Source of the DNA: Azolla caroliniana
Taxonomy: Eukaryota > Plantae > Polypodiophyta
Assembly: GCA_043228905.1 (NCBI GenBank)
Contig: JBHGNT010000020.1
Span: 15,128,001 to 15,192,000 of the forward strand
DNA: 64,000 nt
Reading direction: 5' to 3'
Part shown: piece after piece, positions 43,701 to 58,114 of the stretch
How positions within the stretch are numbered: the stretch's first letter is position 1
How the letters are laid out: every line of letters begins with the position of its first letter
Notes under the pieces: model-generated
Seen by the model: the letters and a program-made list of their open reading frames with translations, nothing else
What the model was told of the DNA's origin: nothing
Database searches by the model: none
Position numbers and translations under genes: made by a program

Positions 43701-45553
43701 TCTCTTCAGAGAAACAAGACATGGAAATTGACACAACTACCGAAAGGGAGAAAGGCAATTGGGTGCAAATGGGTATTTGCAAAGAAAGAAGGATTTCCGA
43801 GTAAACAAGACATTCGCTACAAGGCAAGGTTGGTGGCTAAAGGCTATGCTCAGAAGGAGGAAATCGATTATGATGAGGTATTTTCTCCAATTGTAAAACA
43901 TTCCTCCATTAGAATTTTGTTGGCCTTAGTAGTACAAATGAATTTGGAGCTAGCTCAACTTGATGTGAAGACCGCGTTCTTAAATGGTAATTTGAAGGAG
44001 GAAATCTATATGACTCGGCCAGAAGGATACAAGGTTGCTGGTAAAGAAGATTGGGTTTGTAAACTTAGCAAATCGTTGTACGGACTGAAACAATCTCCGA
44101 GACAGTGGTACAAATGATTTGATAAGTTCATGAAGGGACAGAAGTACAAAAGAAGCAAATACGATCATTGTGTGTATTTGCGTAATCTTCAAGATGGTTC
44201 ATACATCTACTTACTCTTATATGTTGATGATATGCTGATTGTAGCAAAGAGTCAAGCTGAGATTGACAAGTTGAAGGCTCAGATGAGTAAAGAGTTCGAG
44301 ATGAAGGATTTGGGGGAAGCCAAGAAGATTCTTGGCATGGAGATAAATAGAGACAAAGAGAGAGGCAAACTTTGGCTCTCTAAGAAGCAGTATTTGAAGA
44401 GGATACTACAACGTTTTGGTATGTATGATGATACAAAACCTATAAGTACTCCACTTGCTCCTCATTTGAAACTGAGTAGTCACTTATATCCCACAACTAA
44501 TGAAGAGCGAGGATACATGGCGAAAGTACCATATGCAAATGTGGTTGGAAGCTTGATGTACCCAAGGGTGTGTACAAGACCCGATATTTCACATGATGTT
44601 AGTATTGTTAGCAGGTATATGCGTGATCCAGGCAAGGGTCATTGGCAAGCTGTGAAATGGATTCTGCAGTATCTTCAAAATGCCTTGGATGTTGGATTTA
44701 CATTTGAGCAAGACAAATCACTTGGTAAATGTATAGTTGGATATTGTGATTCTGATTTTGTAGGTGATTTGGATAAGCGAAGATCTACAATTGGCTATTT
44801 ATTCACTTTGACAAAGGCGCTAGTTAGTTGGAAGTCTACTTTACAATCAACGGTGGCTCTATCTACAACAGAGGCAGAGTATATGGCAATCACAGAGGTT
44901 GTGAAGGAGGGAATTTGGCTTCATGGGTTGCTTAAGGACTTGGGAGTAGGTCAGAAACAACTTGATTTGTATTCTGACAGTCAAAGTGGCATTCATTTGG
45001 CAAAGAATCAAGTCTTTCAATCACGGACAAAGCACATTGATGTTCGCTTTCACTTTGTGCGGGAAATTCTAGAAGAGGAGGAGATACTTCTCCAAAAGAT
45101 TGACACTAAGGAGAATCCTGTTGACATGCTGACAAGGTGGTTACAAGGGCCAAGTTTGAACATTGTTTAGACTTGGTTAATATCCAACATGTTTAAAGTT
45201 GGCGCCTCACGGCGCAAATTTGAAAGCAGTCTATTTTATTTTTGCTTGAGAAGATTTGTATTTGGACGGATTAAAGATTGTGCCACGGTGGAGATTTGTT
45301 AGTCTTTGGCCCATCTTTATCCCACATAGTTGAGGGAGGTGGTTTGGGAGTTATAAATACGCTCCTCTTCCTCTTAGTTTGAGATCCTCAACTTTGTATC
45401 TTCTTTCCCAATCTTAATAGAGCTGCTACTTTGGAGGACGTAGGCTTAATTGGCCGAACCTCGGTAATTCTGGTGTTGTTTTATCTTTTCTTCTTACTCT
45501 ATATATTAGCTTTTGTTATAGTTATATATTGTTATTTCCAAGCTTCCACAACA
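40747..45553 (+). mobile_element. Full-length Ty1/copia element C (Tnt1/Tork-like), decayed gag-pol
   Basis: 257-bp LTRs at 40747-41003 and 45297-45553, about 8 mismatches by eye. TSD TGAGC at 40742-40746 and 45554-45558. PBS TGGTATCAGAGCC at 41006-41018. Gag with CAFCHEKGH, protease WILDSG, integrase TDNGGEY, RT YVDDML and RNase H, all with scattered stops and frameshifts. Confidence 0.95.
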
Positions 45554-48500
45554 TGAGCCAGAACGAAATGTTTGAAGCTGCAAACGCGTCCCAGGCCTTC
45601 ACGTTTCAAGAAATTGTGACGGCCACACAAAATTTCTCGACAAGCATTGGTAAAGGTGGTTTCGGATTCGTGTACAAGGGCACTCTTACCAACGGCGTTC
45701 CCGTTGCTGTTAAAGTGTTGTCTGATGCATTGCAACAAGGCGCCCACGAATTCCTGAATGAGGTACATATATATATATATATTGAACTTCTAAAACATAG
45801 AAGACTGGGGATGCCCATTCTGTTGTGTTAATAATGTGAATTGATTTTTAAATAGGTCACTCTTCTATCCCGTGTGCATCATAAGAACCTCGTGGGATTG
45901 GTTGGATATTGCACTGAGATAAAGCTAGTTCTTGTGCACGAGTTTATGTCAAATGGTTCATTCTTTGATTCCCTTTTCGGTAATCAGTCTTCTCATCATT
46001 TGAACAACGTATATGAAGTTCACATCTCGAATAAAAATATTTGAATGTTGATCATGCTACATTTGATGATTGACAAATATCACTTCATTTTTCTCTATAA
46101 ACCATTAAAAGGAAACAATATGTTAATGGCACGTTGTTTAGAATGAACCAAAAGACTGCGAATTTTGTTGGACACAGCCCAAGGTGATTGGCAATATTGG
46201 ATTTATTTCAATATATATATATATGTCATATAAATTATACTATATTATCATATGTTATTATATTTACCAACGGTGTTATGTAATATGGTGTAATTAATTT
46301 CAAAAATGATTGTAGGCCTTGCATACTTGCATCATTGATGTAACTCATTAATCATTCATAGAGATGTGAAGAGTAGCCACATTTTAATGACTAATGACTT
46401 GGAAGGGAAAATGTCTGATTTTGGAATATTGAGGCTAAAGTCCAACACTAGTGCACATGATGAATTGGCAACAAAGCTAATCGGTAGCTTGGGATACTTG
46501 GACCCTGAGTAAGTAATGTGATCTATAATATACTTGTGTATATAACGCTATGTGGCTTATCTAAAACCTTTTTTCCATATGTGTTGTAAAAAACTTCTGA
46601 CATGGTTTAGCCATCCATTGAATTAATAAGCCCCTTCACTTATCTTTGAGATGGAATAAATTAATTTTCTTGCATGAATATTAAATCATATCATCCCAGA
46701 TTTGCATCCACGTTAATATTGTCAGAGAAGATTGACATATATAGTTTTGGAGTAGTTCTCTTTGAGGTTGTATGTGGCAAGCATTATATGACATATAAAG
46801 TTCTAAATGCGACTTTTCGATTTGCTAAAAACACATCATTTATGTTGTTGCAGGTAAAACCTTATTATAATCAAGGAGCACTAGAGGAGATTGTAGACCA
46901 TACCCTGAGTAATTACAACATCTCATCTATATGGAAAGTTGCAGGAATTGCAATGGCATGCATTCAATTTCCAGGTAGAACACGACCGACAATGAGCGAA
47001 ATTTGCCATGAACTTTCTGAAGCCTTGAGATTAGAAAGTAGTTCCCAAACAATTTCATCCGCAATTATTGGAGAATATTATCCTTTGAACGACGTGAGTG
47101 CTAGGTGAGCTTGTATAAATAACAATGTACCATCTCCTTAGCTTGAATGTCACACTATCATTTCTATCGTTAGAGTTACTTGTGTTAACTTAGTTGATAA
47201 AAGATAAGGATGAAAATTTAAAACACATCACGGATCAAAATCAGTCTCTTTGTGCCACTTCATTTTCTTGTTTGTTGGTGTGGATCATTATGAACCATTA
47301 TTTTTGTACTTCGATTTCCTTGTTCGTCAGACAACCCTCTCTTGTGATAATAACACCCCATGGTAACGATAGTTCCTATCCATGTAAGAATTGAATGACA
47401 AACTTTAGGTCAAAATAATATTTCCCTAGTGCTTATCATATCATAGTAGAAAACAGGATTGGAGTAGGAAAATGCCTAAGGCATACACAAGTACAAAGAG
47501 AAGGTACTAGCTACTATGAGGAAACCAAATAAAAAATGGAAGAGGTAGAATCTTGACCTAGGACAAACCTAGTGGGAATTGTAGTAGCCAAGTTGACTAC
47601 AATTTTGAATAACCAAATGAAGGACCAACATTCCCCAAGGAGGCGGGGTAACCAAAATGAAGGGGTCAAGGAGAAAGGATCAGACTTTCGAAGTTACACG
47701 CTTGTTCCCCCTAAGGATTACTAGGTAATAATAGAGTAATTAGTACTCAACACAGAAGACTATTTTCAGCAATCTCATGTGCTACCACGAGCGTGGGAAG
47801 ATGTAGTGAACAAGTTACTCATTTGAAAATATACGAGTGACTAGAAGACACATATATACACACAAATAGATGTGTTGCGGAATCGTCAAAATATTATGAA
47901 AATATTTTCAAATAATATCTAGAAAAAGAAGACAAAAAACAAAATTTAACAAGGTTTGAACAATTAAGCCTACATCCTCCAAAGCAATTGTTCTATTAAA
48001 AGTGGGAGAAAAGAATACAAGATTGGGATTAGACCCAAACCACCTCCCCAAATCCCAATTTCCGATGGGATAAAGGAATTGCCCAAAAAATCAACAAGTC
48101 TCCACCTTGGCATGGCAATCTCATTGAAATAGAAGTAGAAATTTTTAGTTGCCATTTTATTCATTGAAATAGAAGTAGACATAGATGCATATGTAGAAGC
48201 ATCTACATTAGCATTATCAACACTATTACCATTTGCATCTGTTTTCACATCTGAAATTGAGTGATAATTTCTATGACCATTAACTTTCTTCATTCACTCT
48301 TCACAATATCACTTGCATTTCATTTTTCTACATCCTGTTCTCTTATGTCCAATATATGGGCCCTAATCGACGAGGGCCACCAACATAGACATGATTGCAA
48401 TATTTTCATTTCCTCAAATGTGTTCCTCTAGCACTCTTTTCTTGAACAGTACATTTTCCCAATCTAAGCCCTTTTGTCTACTGATAAGTTCCTAACTTGA

Positions 48501-51043
48501 TGTAAATATCAAAATCTATTTATTGTAATTACTACATACTACATACTACATACTATGATCTAAAGATGAAACTTTAAACCTATTATTAACCCTAAAATAC
48601 TAAGAGAGGAGAGGAGAGGAGCTTGGCATCACATTGATGTGCTAAAATTGAAGGCAAGAGAAGTTGTGTAGTGTGCTCTATGTAGAACATTGAAGGCTAG
48701 ATGGGAAAGGAGAGGAACTTGATGTCGTGTTGTTGAGCAAAAACTGATGGCGGGAGAAGATGTGCACTTGTTTAAGAACATTCGTCCCTCTATGATAAAA
48801 AAGAAAAGTGAACAAGTCTAAAAATAATACATACAAATGTTTGGATAATATAGGCATTCATTTGCAAACATATGAAAACGAATGTTTGGGCAGACGAATG
48901 TGTATATTACGTACTATGGTCCCAACCCAAAGGTGGTGTCCTATTTGGGACAGGGACTGGGAATGGTTCCCGTCTTGGGTCCCAACTCATATTCTGGTAG
49001 TGCACTTGTTGGCCATGCATGGCTATTTTCCAACTTGGATTTCCTGTCCTTATGCTTGTCCCAACTTCGATCGAGACTCTCCTACGGTCCATCTCAACTC
49101 ATTTTGGGACCATTTCTTGGTTGGAACTGTTTAAGAGCACCATATAATTGGAGACTTCATGTAAATTATGAACCTTCCACCAATCAATAGTGATTGAGGA
49201 CACAAAATCTTGCCTGTGTCCCTCAGATTATGGGCAAAATCATGGCATTGACAAATCTTACGAGAGTTAAGGAAATTTCCTTGGTGTAAATCTAAAAGTG
49301 GGTTATTATGGCAGAAACTTACTCTTTCACTTTAGGGTTTCATTGATGACCCATTTCATTGTGTTGTTGTCACTCATATAGGTTCCCCAAATCTATCGAA
49401 TAATTCTCCCCTAACACACCTACGCAGGTGGTACCAAGGCTCCGAATTCAACCAGAGCGTCTCCTCCACAATGAATTGATTAATACCTTTATTCTTAAAG
49501 TATTAGGTACAGAACAATTTGACACACTTCCCATATCGAGAGTTGAACTTTGAGCATGAGGATTTGTTACAATAATGCAACGTTGATGTTATCATCCAAA
49601 TGCACAATACTTGCTTTAGTTCTGTGTTGGGATGGTTCCCCCTTTAGCATTAACCTTCTTATCAAAAATATTTTTTTCATGTAGTAGGCTAGGCTAGTCT
49701 TTGCCTGTGGGAATCCTATTCTTCAACTTGGTCAAAGCCTACACAAGCCTTACTAGCTTGATGTTGTGGTTCTTCTTGTTGAGAGGGCTCCATATACTCT
49801 TAAAGTACCCTTGATATTTCTTCTCTAGGGTTTGGGTAGGATGCCAAATGCAATATAACAAATCCTTGCTCTTGTTTTTCAGTAGGTCTCACATCATTTT
49901 CTTTGGTTCCTAATATCCAATTTGTTATTGAGGTGGTTTGTCATGGAACCTTGATGGTTTTGGACTTGATTTTTATTTTCATTTGATCATAGTTTGAGTT
50001 CCTTTCTTACTATGCTTACCACCACAGTACAATGGGACATTAGCACTATGCCCCATTTGCTTAAAATGCATCTCAAAGAGACGCTTAAAGTGTGTGTCAC
50101 TATGTAATGCGTGTAAATTTTATGTGAAATTTCAATGCTAGAATGTGTCACTAAATGACACATACAATAAGGTGTTGCGGAACGACATGGTGGGATGTGT
50201 TGTCATGAAATTACTTGTGTTCGTGTGAAATGTGAGTGGCACCATAGGGACATGAATGAGAGAGTATGTGATTGTGCTTGAGCTTCCACATTCAATCCTT
50301 GGAACATCTTTTATTCCTTGTGTTTGCTTGTATGTGTGTCAGGAAGTGAGAGAGAGTGATGGGGTAAGTTTTTGATTATGTTTATATATATATGTATTTG
50401 GATCTTTGTAAGTATGTGTGTGTGTGAATGTGGTCATGTTCAACTGTAAGTAAGTAGAATGTATGTAGATATCGATGTTTATTAATGTAAATCTATATTT
50501 ATAATATCCTAATGTGAATAGGTATGTTTATGTTTACATTTAAATAAGTATATATGTTTAGGTGGGTTCAATTGAATGTATGTTTAGGTGGGTCCAATTG
50601 AATGAACATAAGAAAGGGAGTGTGTGAGGATCAATATGGTGAAGTCAGGTTTGAAATTGAGTCTATGTATAATATACATGGGTTTAGGTCATTCTAGAGA
50701 AGAAGGGTATTTAGGGAACTTAAAACTCTATGTCGTCATGTGGATTTTCTTCTTTAGTCTTAGTCTAGGTTTGTTCAAAAGGCTAAAAGGGGAAACTAAA
50801 ACATATTGATTGTGGTCATACATGATAAATCTTGATGACCCTTGGAGTGCCATAAATTTTCATTAATCCCCTTTATTATCTGAATGAAAAAACTCAAGGA
50901 ATAAAAACCATAGTTTGATGTTCAAATGATGTCAATGAAAATAGTACATTCTCGAAATGATTGGTAACTTCTATATTACATTGTGCATCAATTTAAATAT
51001 ATTGCGAACACAACATAGATGAGATATTGGTATTTATTCTTGA

Positions 51044-54000
51044 TCATCTTGCATTCACGTCAATCAAAGGGAAACATTCTCTTGTAGTCGTAGGTGAGAT
51101 TATATTAGGACTCATCTCTAACCTCAAGGCTTCAGCAAGCTCATAGCAAACTTTATCCATTGTTGGTCGTTTTCTGCCTTCATATTGAGCACACGCCATG
51201 GCAATCTCTACCACTTTCCATATAGATGAGACATTGGAGTTGCCTCCAATTTGGTAGTCTACAATCTCCTCAATTGCTTCTTTTTCATAATAAGGTCTTG
51301 CCTTCAAAAGTATAAATTATATATTTTTAGGAAAAGTAAGATTGACTTAAATTTTGGCATATCACTTGATAATATTGATATCAAAGTTGATCATTTATAG
51401 CCATTCTACAATGTGAATTGTGTTGTTTGCACGTCCCCCATCCCTTACCAAAGGAGGTTTGCCACATAGAGATTCAAATAAAACTACTCCAAAGTTGTAT
51501 ATATCAACCTTTTCCGACAATATTAATGTAAACGCAAGCCTAGAAATGATATCATTGAGTAAACATGGTAAACAAACGTCAAATAATTTCAAAGGTAAGC
51601 ATTGGTACTTTATAGTGTGCTATTGCATTCAAGACAAAAATTATTTCTTCAAAAATATTTCTTTGTTTTACATATATTAAGATTATAATACATACTCTGG
51701 ATCCACGTATCCCCTACTACCCACTAGCTTTGTTGTAACTTGAATGCCTCCCTCACTAGAATTTAACCTTGATATCCCGAAATCCGACATTTTCCCTTCC
51801 AAATTTTCTGTAATTAGAATGTTGCTACTCTTGACATCCATGTGAATGATTTTGGGGTTACAACTCTCATGTGAATGATTTTCTGGATTCTCACCATGAC
51901 GATCAGCTTCACTTATGCGGGTCGCAATGGCTTGATTTACATGATATGGAGAAGGATTTTCTGTATTCTGAGCAGCTAATTCATTGCTGGAAGTAGGAAT
52001 TTCATGTGTTTTTCTTTTTCTGCACATTATACACAGAATGACTATAGAAATCACGACACAAAGAAAGACTATACCGACAACCACTCACATTTGTCCAGTT
52101 GCTTGAAGAATGGACAAATCCAAGAATCTCGATAACAAATAAAAAGGAACACTTTGCCCCTCACAGATATGTCAATTTGGGCAATCTCGCAAGTGAATCA
52201 GAGATGCCTCCACTCAACTTCTTATAGCTCAGGTTCCTGCAGACAAACCCGTCGTAAAACAATAAGGATAAATTTACCTTGGATATCATTGGTCCTTGCA
52301 CTCACAATATAAAGGGTTAGAGAGGAGTACATGTTTATTGTTGTCATCATTATTGCTAAATGAGCTCTAAGTTACCATCAATTTCAACTAGTACATGAAC
52401 GAGAACATAAATGGGCAAATGGAGCGGTCACTTACAAGGTTTCGAGATTCTTCAAGTTGCTCAGATTGAGCAGGATAGGCCCTTCAAATGCGTTACCATC
52501 CAGAGAGATGTATCAAAATGGGTAAGTATTGCGTGGGCTAATATCTTTGAGTAATGATTTCTCACTTCATCATGAATGAACTTCCATAAGAAAACCAGCG
52601 ATTTAATCCTTGACATAGTTTGCAACAAGAATCTTAAAAGGATGCAACCTTACATTTGCACAGCTTGATCAAGATTGTTGATGCTGCTTGGTATACTTCC
52701 CACTAGGTTCCAGTTAGACAAAGATCTATTATTTAGAGGCATATCATATACGAATCATTGATTGAAATTTCCACATAGTTTGCCAAAATTGACGAGAAAT
52801 AGGAAGATAAATATTAAGATAAACATTCAATATTCAATGTATATCAACCCACATAGAAATTACTTGAGTAGGGAGAACGCCTTTGTCAGTACAATTGAGC
52901 CATGGATATTTGTATTCCGCAGGCAAACATGGGTCCCCCGTGAATCTACTCAAGTTCTTGGATAGTGCAGTAGTTATACCTTGAACCCCCAGGACTTTTA
53001 ACAATTACAACACTATTTGTATGTGTTTCCGATGAAAAACGATGTTTTTGTTTTTGTTAGAATCGTTTTAATGCTGGAAAGATTATTAGTATTATCGTAC
53101 TTAAATATTCTAGTTTTATGAAAATAATGTATAACCCTTTCTATGAAATGATGCACGTTAACTTCCAAGAAACTATAAGTTACAAACAAAATGTAACAAA
53201 ACTATCATTTTTATCTCTCTTCTATCTTGTTTAATCCTCACACTTTATGGTACACATTCAGTAAAGGACACAATAGTTCCAAAGTATTGATCAAAACAGA
53301 ATAGTAGCTTACTGTCCAAGGAGGAGGAGGTGGCGGGGACCATGGGATTGTCGAAGAGTTGGAGGATCTCAGCTGCCGCAATGAAAGGGGGATAGATGGA
53401 GGACGGTGTGGATGTCGCGTTGATGAGGATGTAGTCAGAGTAGGGTCCCAGAGGCTTGGGACTGTAAATCTCATAGGCAGTATAGAGATACACCTTGTTA
53501 TAGACGTCAAGGTCTTGGTAAAATGAATTCCTGTTGATCCATATCTTGAACACTCGGAGTCCCGAGGCATTGACACGCAAGTCAACCTCGGCGAAGTACA
53601 ATGCCACATAATACTGGTAAGAGATGCCAGCTAGATTTGCTGGATTTGCTGGAAGCCACATAGCTCGTTTGGACCACGGAAATGGGTGGGGAATCATCAA
53701 GCCCCGCCACGATCACAGCCTGACTTGTTTGGATGATAGGCTCCGTCATATCTGTCACCCACAATCTGTCTAGGGAATCATCCGGATACCTAATAGCTGC
53801 TCAATGCTCAAGTAAGTAAAAGCTCAATACACACAATGTCCACTAAGTGAAAAACTTAATATACTGCATGCAAACATGGGTCACTATGTACATCTCCTCT
53901 GTCTGCAGGGAGGTTTGTGGCAGCTTAATGGTGATCTGTGCTCCTATGTATGGGTCTACCACCACTCTGAAGCTTATGATGCCTGGCACATGCGTGCAAT

Positions 54001-54278
54001 ACGTGGTGTTCGCCGATGTGCCGTACCAGAATGTGGCTCGAACTAGGTCGTACACATCGCCCATTGCAGGCAATGTGTATCAAAACTTGGTCTAATTCAG
54101 GGTCAATTTACTAGCAAGACGGAAGTAGTGCAGTGTCTGATACTTTGCACCGCCGCTAGTGTCTCCGACTGGAGGTGTTATATCTGACGTAAAAGAGCAG
54201 ATGTTGATGTCCGGCCAAATTGTGGTGTCTTGTGCCCATTTAATGCCTAAGGCATCAGTGTAATTTGTGTTTTGGGAT
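51044..54278 (-). pseudogene. RLK copy 5, inverted, with internal deletions; 5' end cut off by copia D
   Basis: Malectin exons with deletions (53245-54278), GDPC and LRR exons. The TM exon is fused directly to [19 protein letters not shown] (kinase N-lobe deleted at ~51870). Final exon 51044-51302. Confidence 0.9.
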
Positions 54279-57200
54279 TGTGGAAAATATTAAGCAAAAA
54301 TTAATATATTAATATATATTAATAGTTAGTACTTCTAAGTTCTTATGAATAGGAAGGAAACCATAAGTGTATTGGTGGTGGTCTATATAAAGTCACCACA
54401 AACGTTGTAACTATTCAGGGCATTTTTCTATAATAAAACATTTTTGTGTTCTCTCTCTCTCTCCTTTTTGTTTCTCTTTCTTCTCTCTTTCTCTTCTTTC
54501 CCAACATGGTATCAAAGCCAAACGACCTAATAGCCTTATAGCTTATGCGTTTCTAAAATTACAAAACACGTGCCCTTACCATAATTTAACTTTCATGCCC
54601 ATACAAAAATAATTATATTCAGTGTCCAAGATCGTCAAATAACGAACAACAATTTTGTTTTTTCCGTGCGCTGATCTGGACAAGCCTCTGCAATAATGGC
54701 ACAATCTATGTCGTCGTTGCAACTCAACATGCGAAAAATTATCGGACACAAATTATCGAATTTGGAAGGCAATATTAGAATTACTTTTTAAGTATAATAA
54801 AGTATGGGACATAATTTCAGGATCGTCGACAAAACCTGAGAAAGGCGACGAACTTGAAGAATTTGAAGAAAAGGACTTGAGTGCAAGAATGGAAATTCTA
54901 ATGCACTCAAGTGATGGCACTAGAGAAACATTGCGGAAAATGGAGACGGCTCAAGAAATGTGGAAGCACTTACAAACTATCTACGAACCAAAAAATGACA
55001 CCCAACAAGCGCATACACTCCAAGCGCTTGTTAATTACAAAATGATTGACGAACAACCGGTTGGTGAATTTCTATTAATATGGCAAAAGAAATTAGATGA
55101 TGTGTTAACTTCAGGATTAGAAATCCATGATAAATTACAAAAGATTCTCCTTCTTGGTGCTCTTCCTCACTCCTGGTCCACTTTCAAAACCACCCAAAAA
55201 TCTATAAACTGTCCAACGCTAATTGATCTTCTTGCAAACATTATGAGAAAACAATGCGTTCACAAAGGTCTTCAAATTCAACTCCAAGTGTGGCCATGGT
55301 AGCATACAAGAACAAAAGGTTCACCCGAAAGCTCGAAACCGTGGATAAAGAAAGATCAAAACACAAAACAAGGAGGCGTGCGGTTCAACAATACCTATTG
55401 TAAAATATGCAAACATACAAATCATGCAACCAAAGATTGTCACGCAAAGTCAAATTTCAAGAGTTATCAACCATGGAAGCGTGTACAAGCCCATCTTGTT
55501 GAAGAAGAGATGGATGATGAAAAAGTCTTAGGAGATGGATATTAAAATGGTACAAGTATGGCAACGTCCTTCAAGCATTCATTGCCAAATCACTTTCCGC
55601 GACGATTCCAAACCCAAGTAATGTAAATGACATATGGTATCTCGACACTCGTGCTACTAACCACTTAACTAATAGAAAAGTTTGGTTATGTAACTATAAG
55701 GATGTTGAACCTCCTATCATTGTAAGATTTGGAAATAATGGGACTAAACAAGCTATTGGCAAGGGTGATATTACTTTTGAAGTCACAGGAGGGAGACATT
55801 TCACAATCAATGAAGTTCTCTATGTCCCGAGCATCACCAAACATTTACTATCGGTTAGTCAAGCAACGACAAATGGTACTATCATTGAATTTCATCCTAA
55901 CCATGCTATTATTAAACATAAATCCTCAAATGGAGAACTTATTAGAACATGTTGTAACGAGAAGGAAGTTTATATCCCATAAAATGTATTCCTACATCTC
56001 TTATTTTAGAAGCACATCATACTACCCCAATACAATCCTCCATATCATTAACCAATCTTCATTCTCCTTCTTCTCTTTGGCACTTTCGTCTAGGTCATAT
56101 ACATTTCAATGCTCTAAAAACACTACAATGTAATAATCTAGTCCATGGTTTGCCAAAAGAACCTTTCAAGCCCATCTCTTTGTGTGAAAATTGTATCCTT
56201 GGGAAAATGCCCCAACAACCATTCCCAAAGCATAGATCTAGAGCCACTACCCCTCTTGCATTAGTACATAGTGATCTATGTGGACCTTTCCCAACCCCTT
56301 CTCTTAGTGGAGCCAAATATTTCATTAGCTTTATAGATGACTTTAGTCGATTTACAATCTTGGATTTTCTCAAGTACAAAAGTCAAGCTTATCAAGCATT
56401 CAAAGAATACAAGGCTCGAATCTAAGTGCAAACATCATCAAAGATTAAAAGTCTTCAAACTTATGGTGGTGGTGAGTATATGTCTCATGAATTTCAATGT
56501 TTATATCAAAATGAAGGCATACATCATAGAATATCAACACCACACACACCTACCCACTTACAACCATCTTCCTCAACCATTTCTAATATTAATAGCTCTC
56601 ATATTGAAGGAGCCAACATTAGCTCATCCTCTACTTCCACTATTTGTGTTGCTCTTCCACCTATTCACAAGGCAAAGATCAATCCTACTCAACCAAGTAA
56701 TTCTTCTTCTCATCTTCCCTCATTCCAATCTCTAGATGATTCTCTTCCTCATACTCCTTTAAATACACATTGTTTAACTCCCTCAAATAATACAAATAAG
56801 GTTATCTTCTCTACTCCCTCTCCTAATCATTCATTCCAAGCGTCATCACCAACTTCTCCACCAAACTCTCCACCTCGAAAGTATAGATCTCTAAGTAGTA
56901 TTTATGAACAACTTGATCAAATGGAAGCACATTTCGTGGACTTGGACCATGAAGCTTATATACAAGAAGAAGATATTCCAACCCTTAGTGATGACACAAA
57001 TCTATCGGCCAAAGATGCACTTTCCAGATCAGATTCTATCAAATGGAGAAAGGTTATGGAAGAAGAAATGAAGGCTTTACTTAAAAATGGTACGTGAACC
57101 CTCGTTGAGCCTCTAAAAGATCGACAAATAATTGGTTCTAAATGGGTCTTACGCATAAAGCGAGATAGTAATGGCAATCCAATTCGCTTCAAGACTCGTG

Positions 57201-57742
57201 TAGTTGCTCAAGGATTTTCTCAAGTACCAGGTATTGATTTTCAAGATACATTTAGTCCAACGCTAAAAATATATGGTTTTCGAATGCTCGTTGCTCTTGC
57301 CGTGCAACATGATCTAGAATTGCATCACTTGGATGTACAAACGGCTTTTCTTCATGGAGATTTAGATGAAGAACTTTATCTACAACAACCACAATTTTTG
57401 GAAGATCCAAGTCATTCGACACATGTTTGTCGTCTTCGTAAATCTATTTACGGTCTTAAGCAATCTCCACGCATATGGTATCACAAACTACACTCTTTTC
57501 TTATAAAAGTTGGATATCATCGTCTAAACAATGACCCAAATATCTAAGTTAGAAAAGCCAAATCCAATTTTGTTATCATAGGTGTTTATGTTGATGATTT
57601 GCCCTTGATCTCTAACTCTAAATCTTATTTAACTATTGCAAAGAAGGAACTTGCATATGTTTTTCCTATTACCGATTTAGGCCCTATGACCCATTTTCTA
57701 GGCATCAAAGTAACTCAAAATAGAACAAATCATACTATAACA
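54279..57742 (+). mobile_element. Ty1/copia element D, interrupted within RT
   Basis: 5' LTR 54279-54506 and PBS TGGTATCAAAGCC at 54507. Gag at ~54700-55450, protease WYLDTRAT, integrase HSDLCGP, RT HLDVQTAFLHG/YVDDL. Homology stops abruptly at ~57742 after KVTQNRTNHTIT. Confidence 0.9.
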
Positions 57743-58114
57743 CGTTCGCGTTCACAAGTGGAAGGATTGCGCATTCCACTTGTAGAATCTTCTTAAAACG
57801 AAGCAAATACACCCTCTCTACAAAAATTGGATGCACTAGTATCACATGTTCCTCAACTTGATGAGAATTTGCAAATATAAAAATACATGATAGGTCTACG
57901 AGTGGAGATCATTAGAAATCATGCAAGTTTGGACATGTTGATAAGTTAATGTAGGCATAATAAAGTTCAACAATGGCTCAATATGTCACTATTGTGCGAT
58001 AAGGGAAACACTAACTTAAAGACTTATATTAATTAGGTAAGTTTTACAAAAATATGAGGTGTACTTGTATCCATACTAATAAAATGAGTTATAATTTATA
58101 CTTTGACCCATACG

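Larger units (their letters stand above)
32403..47108 (+). pseudogene. RLK copy 4: lacks malectin exons, TM exon triplicated and frameshifted, split by nested LTR elements, RD-type kinase with stops
   Basis: Exon 1 (32403-32520) is followed directly by the GDPC exon (~32670-32808) and four LRR exons. Three TM-exon starts lie at 33895-34430. Insertions occupy 34441-45553. Kinase exons 45554-47108 include IGKGGFGFVYKG and IIHRDVKSSH, with in-frame TGA at ~46144 and ~46336. Confidence 0.88.

Noticed and set aside
47400-49400. Possible non-autonomous DNA transposon or solo LTR, with small ORFs
   Set aside because: I could not identify TIRs, TSDs or protein motifs by eye.
57741-57790. Helitron 3' end
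   Set aside because: A hairpin is present, but there is no CTRR terminus on either strand and no Rep/helicase ORF.
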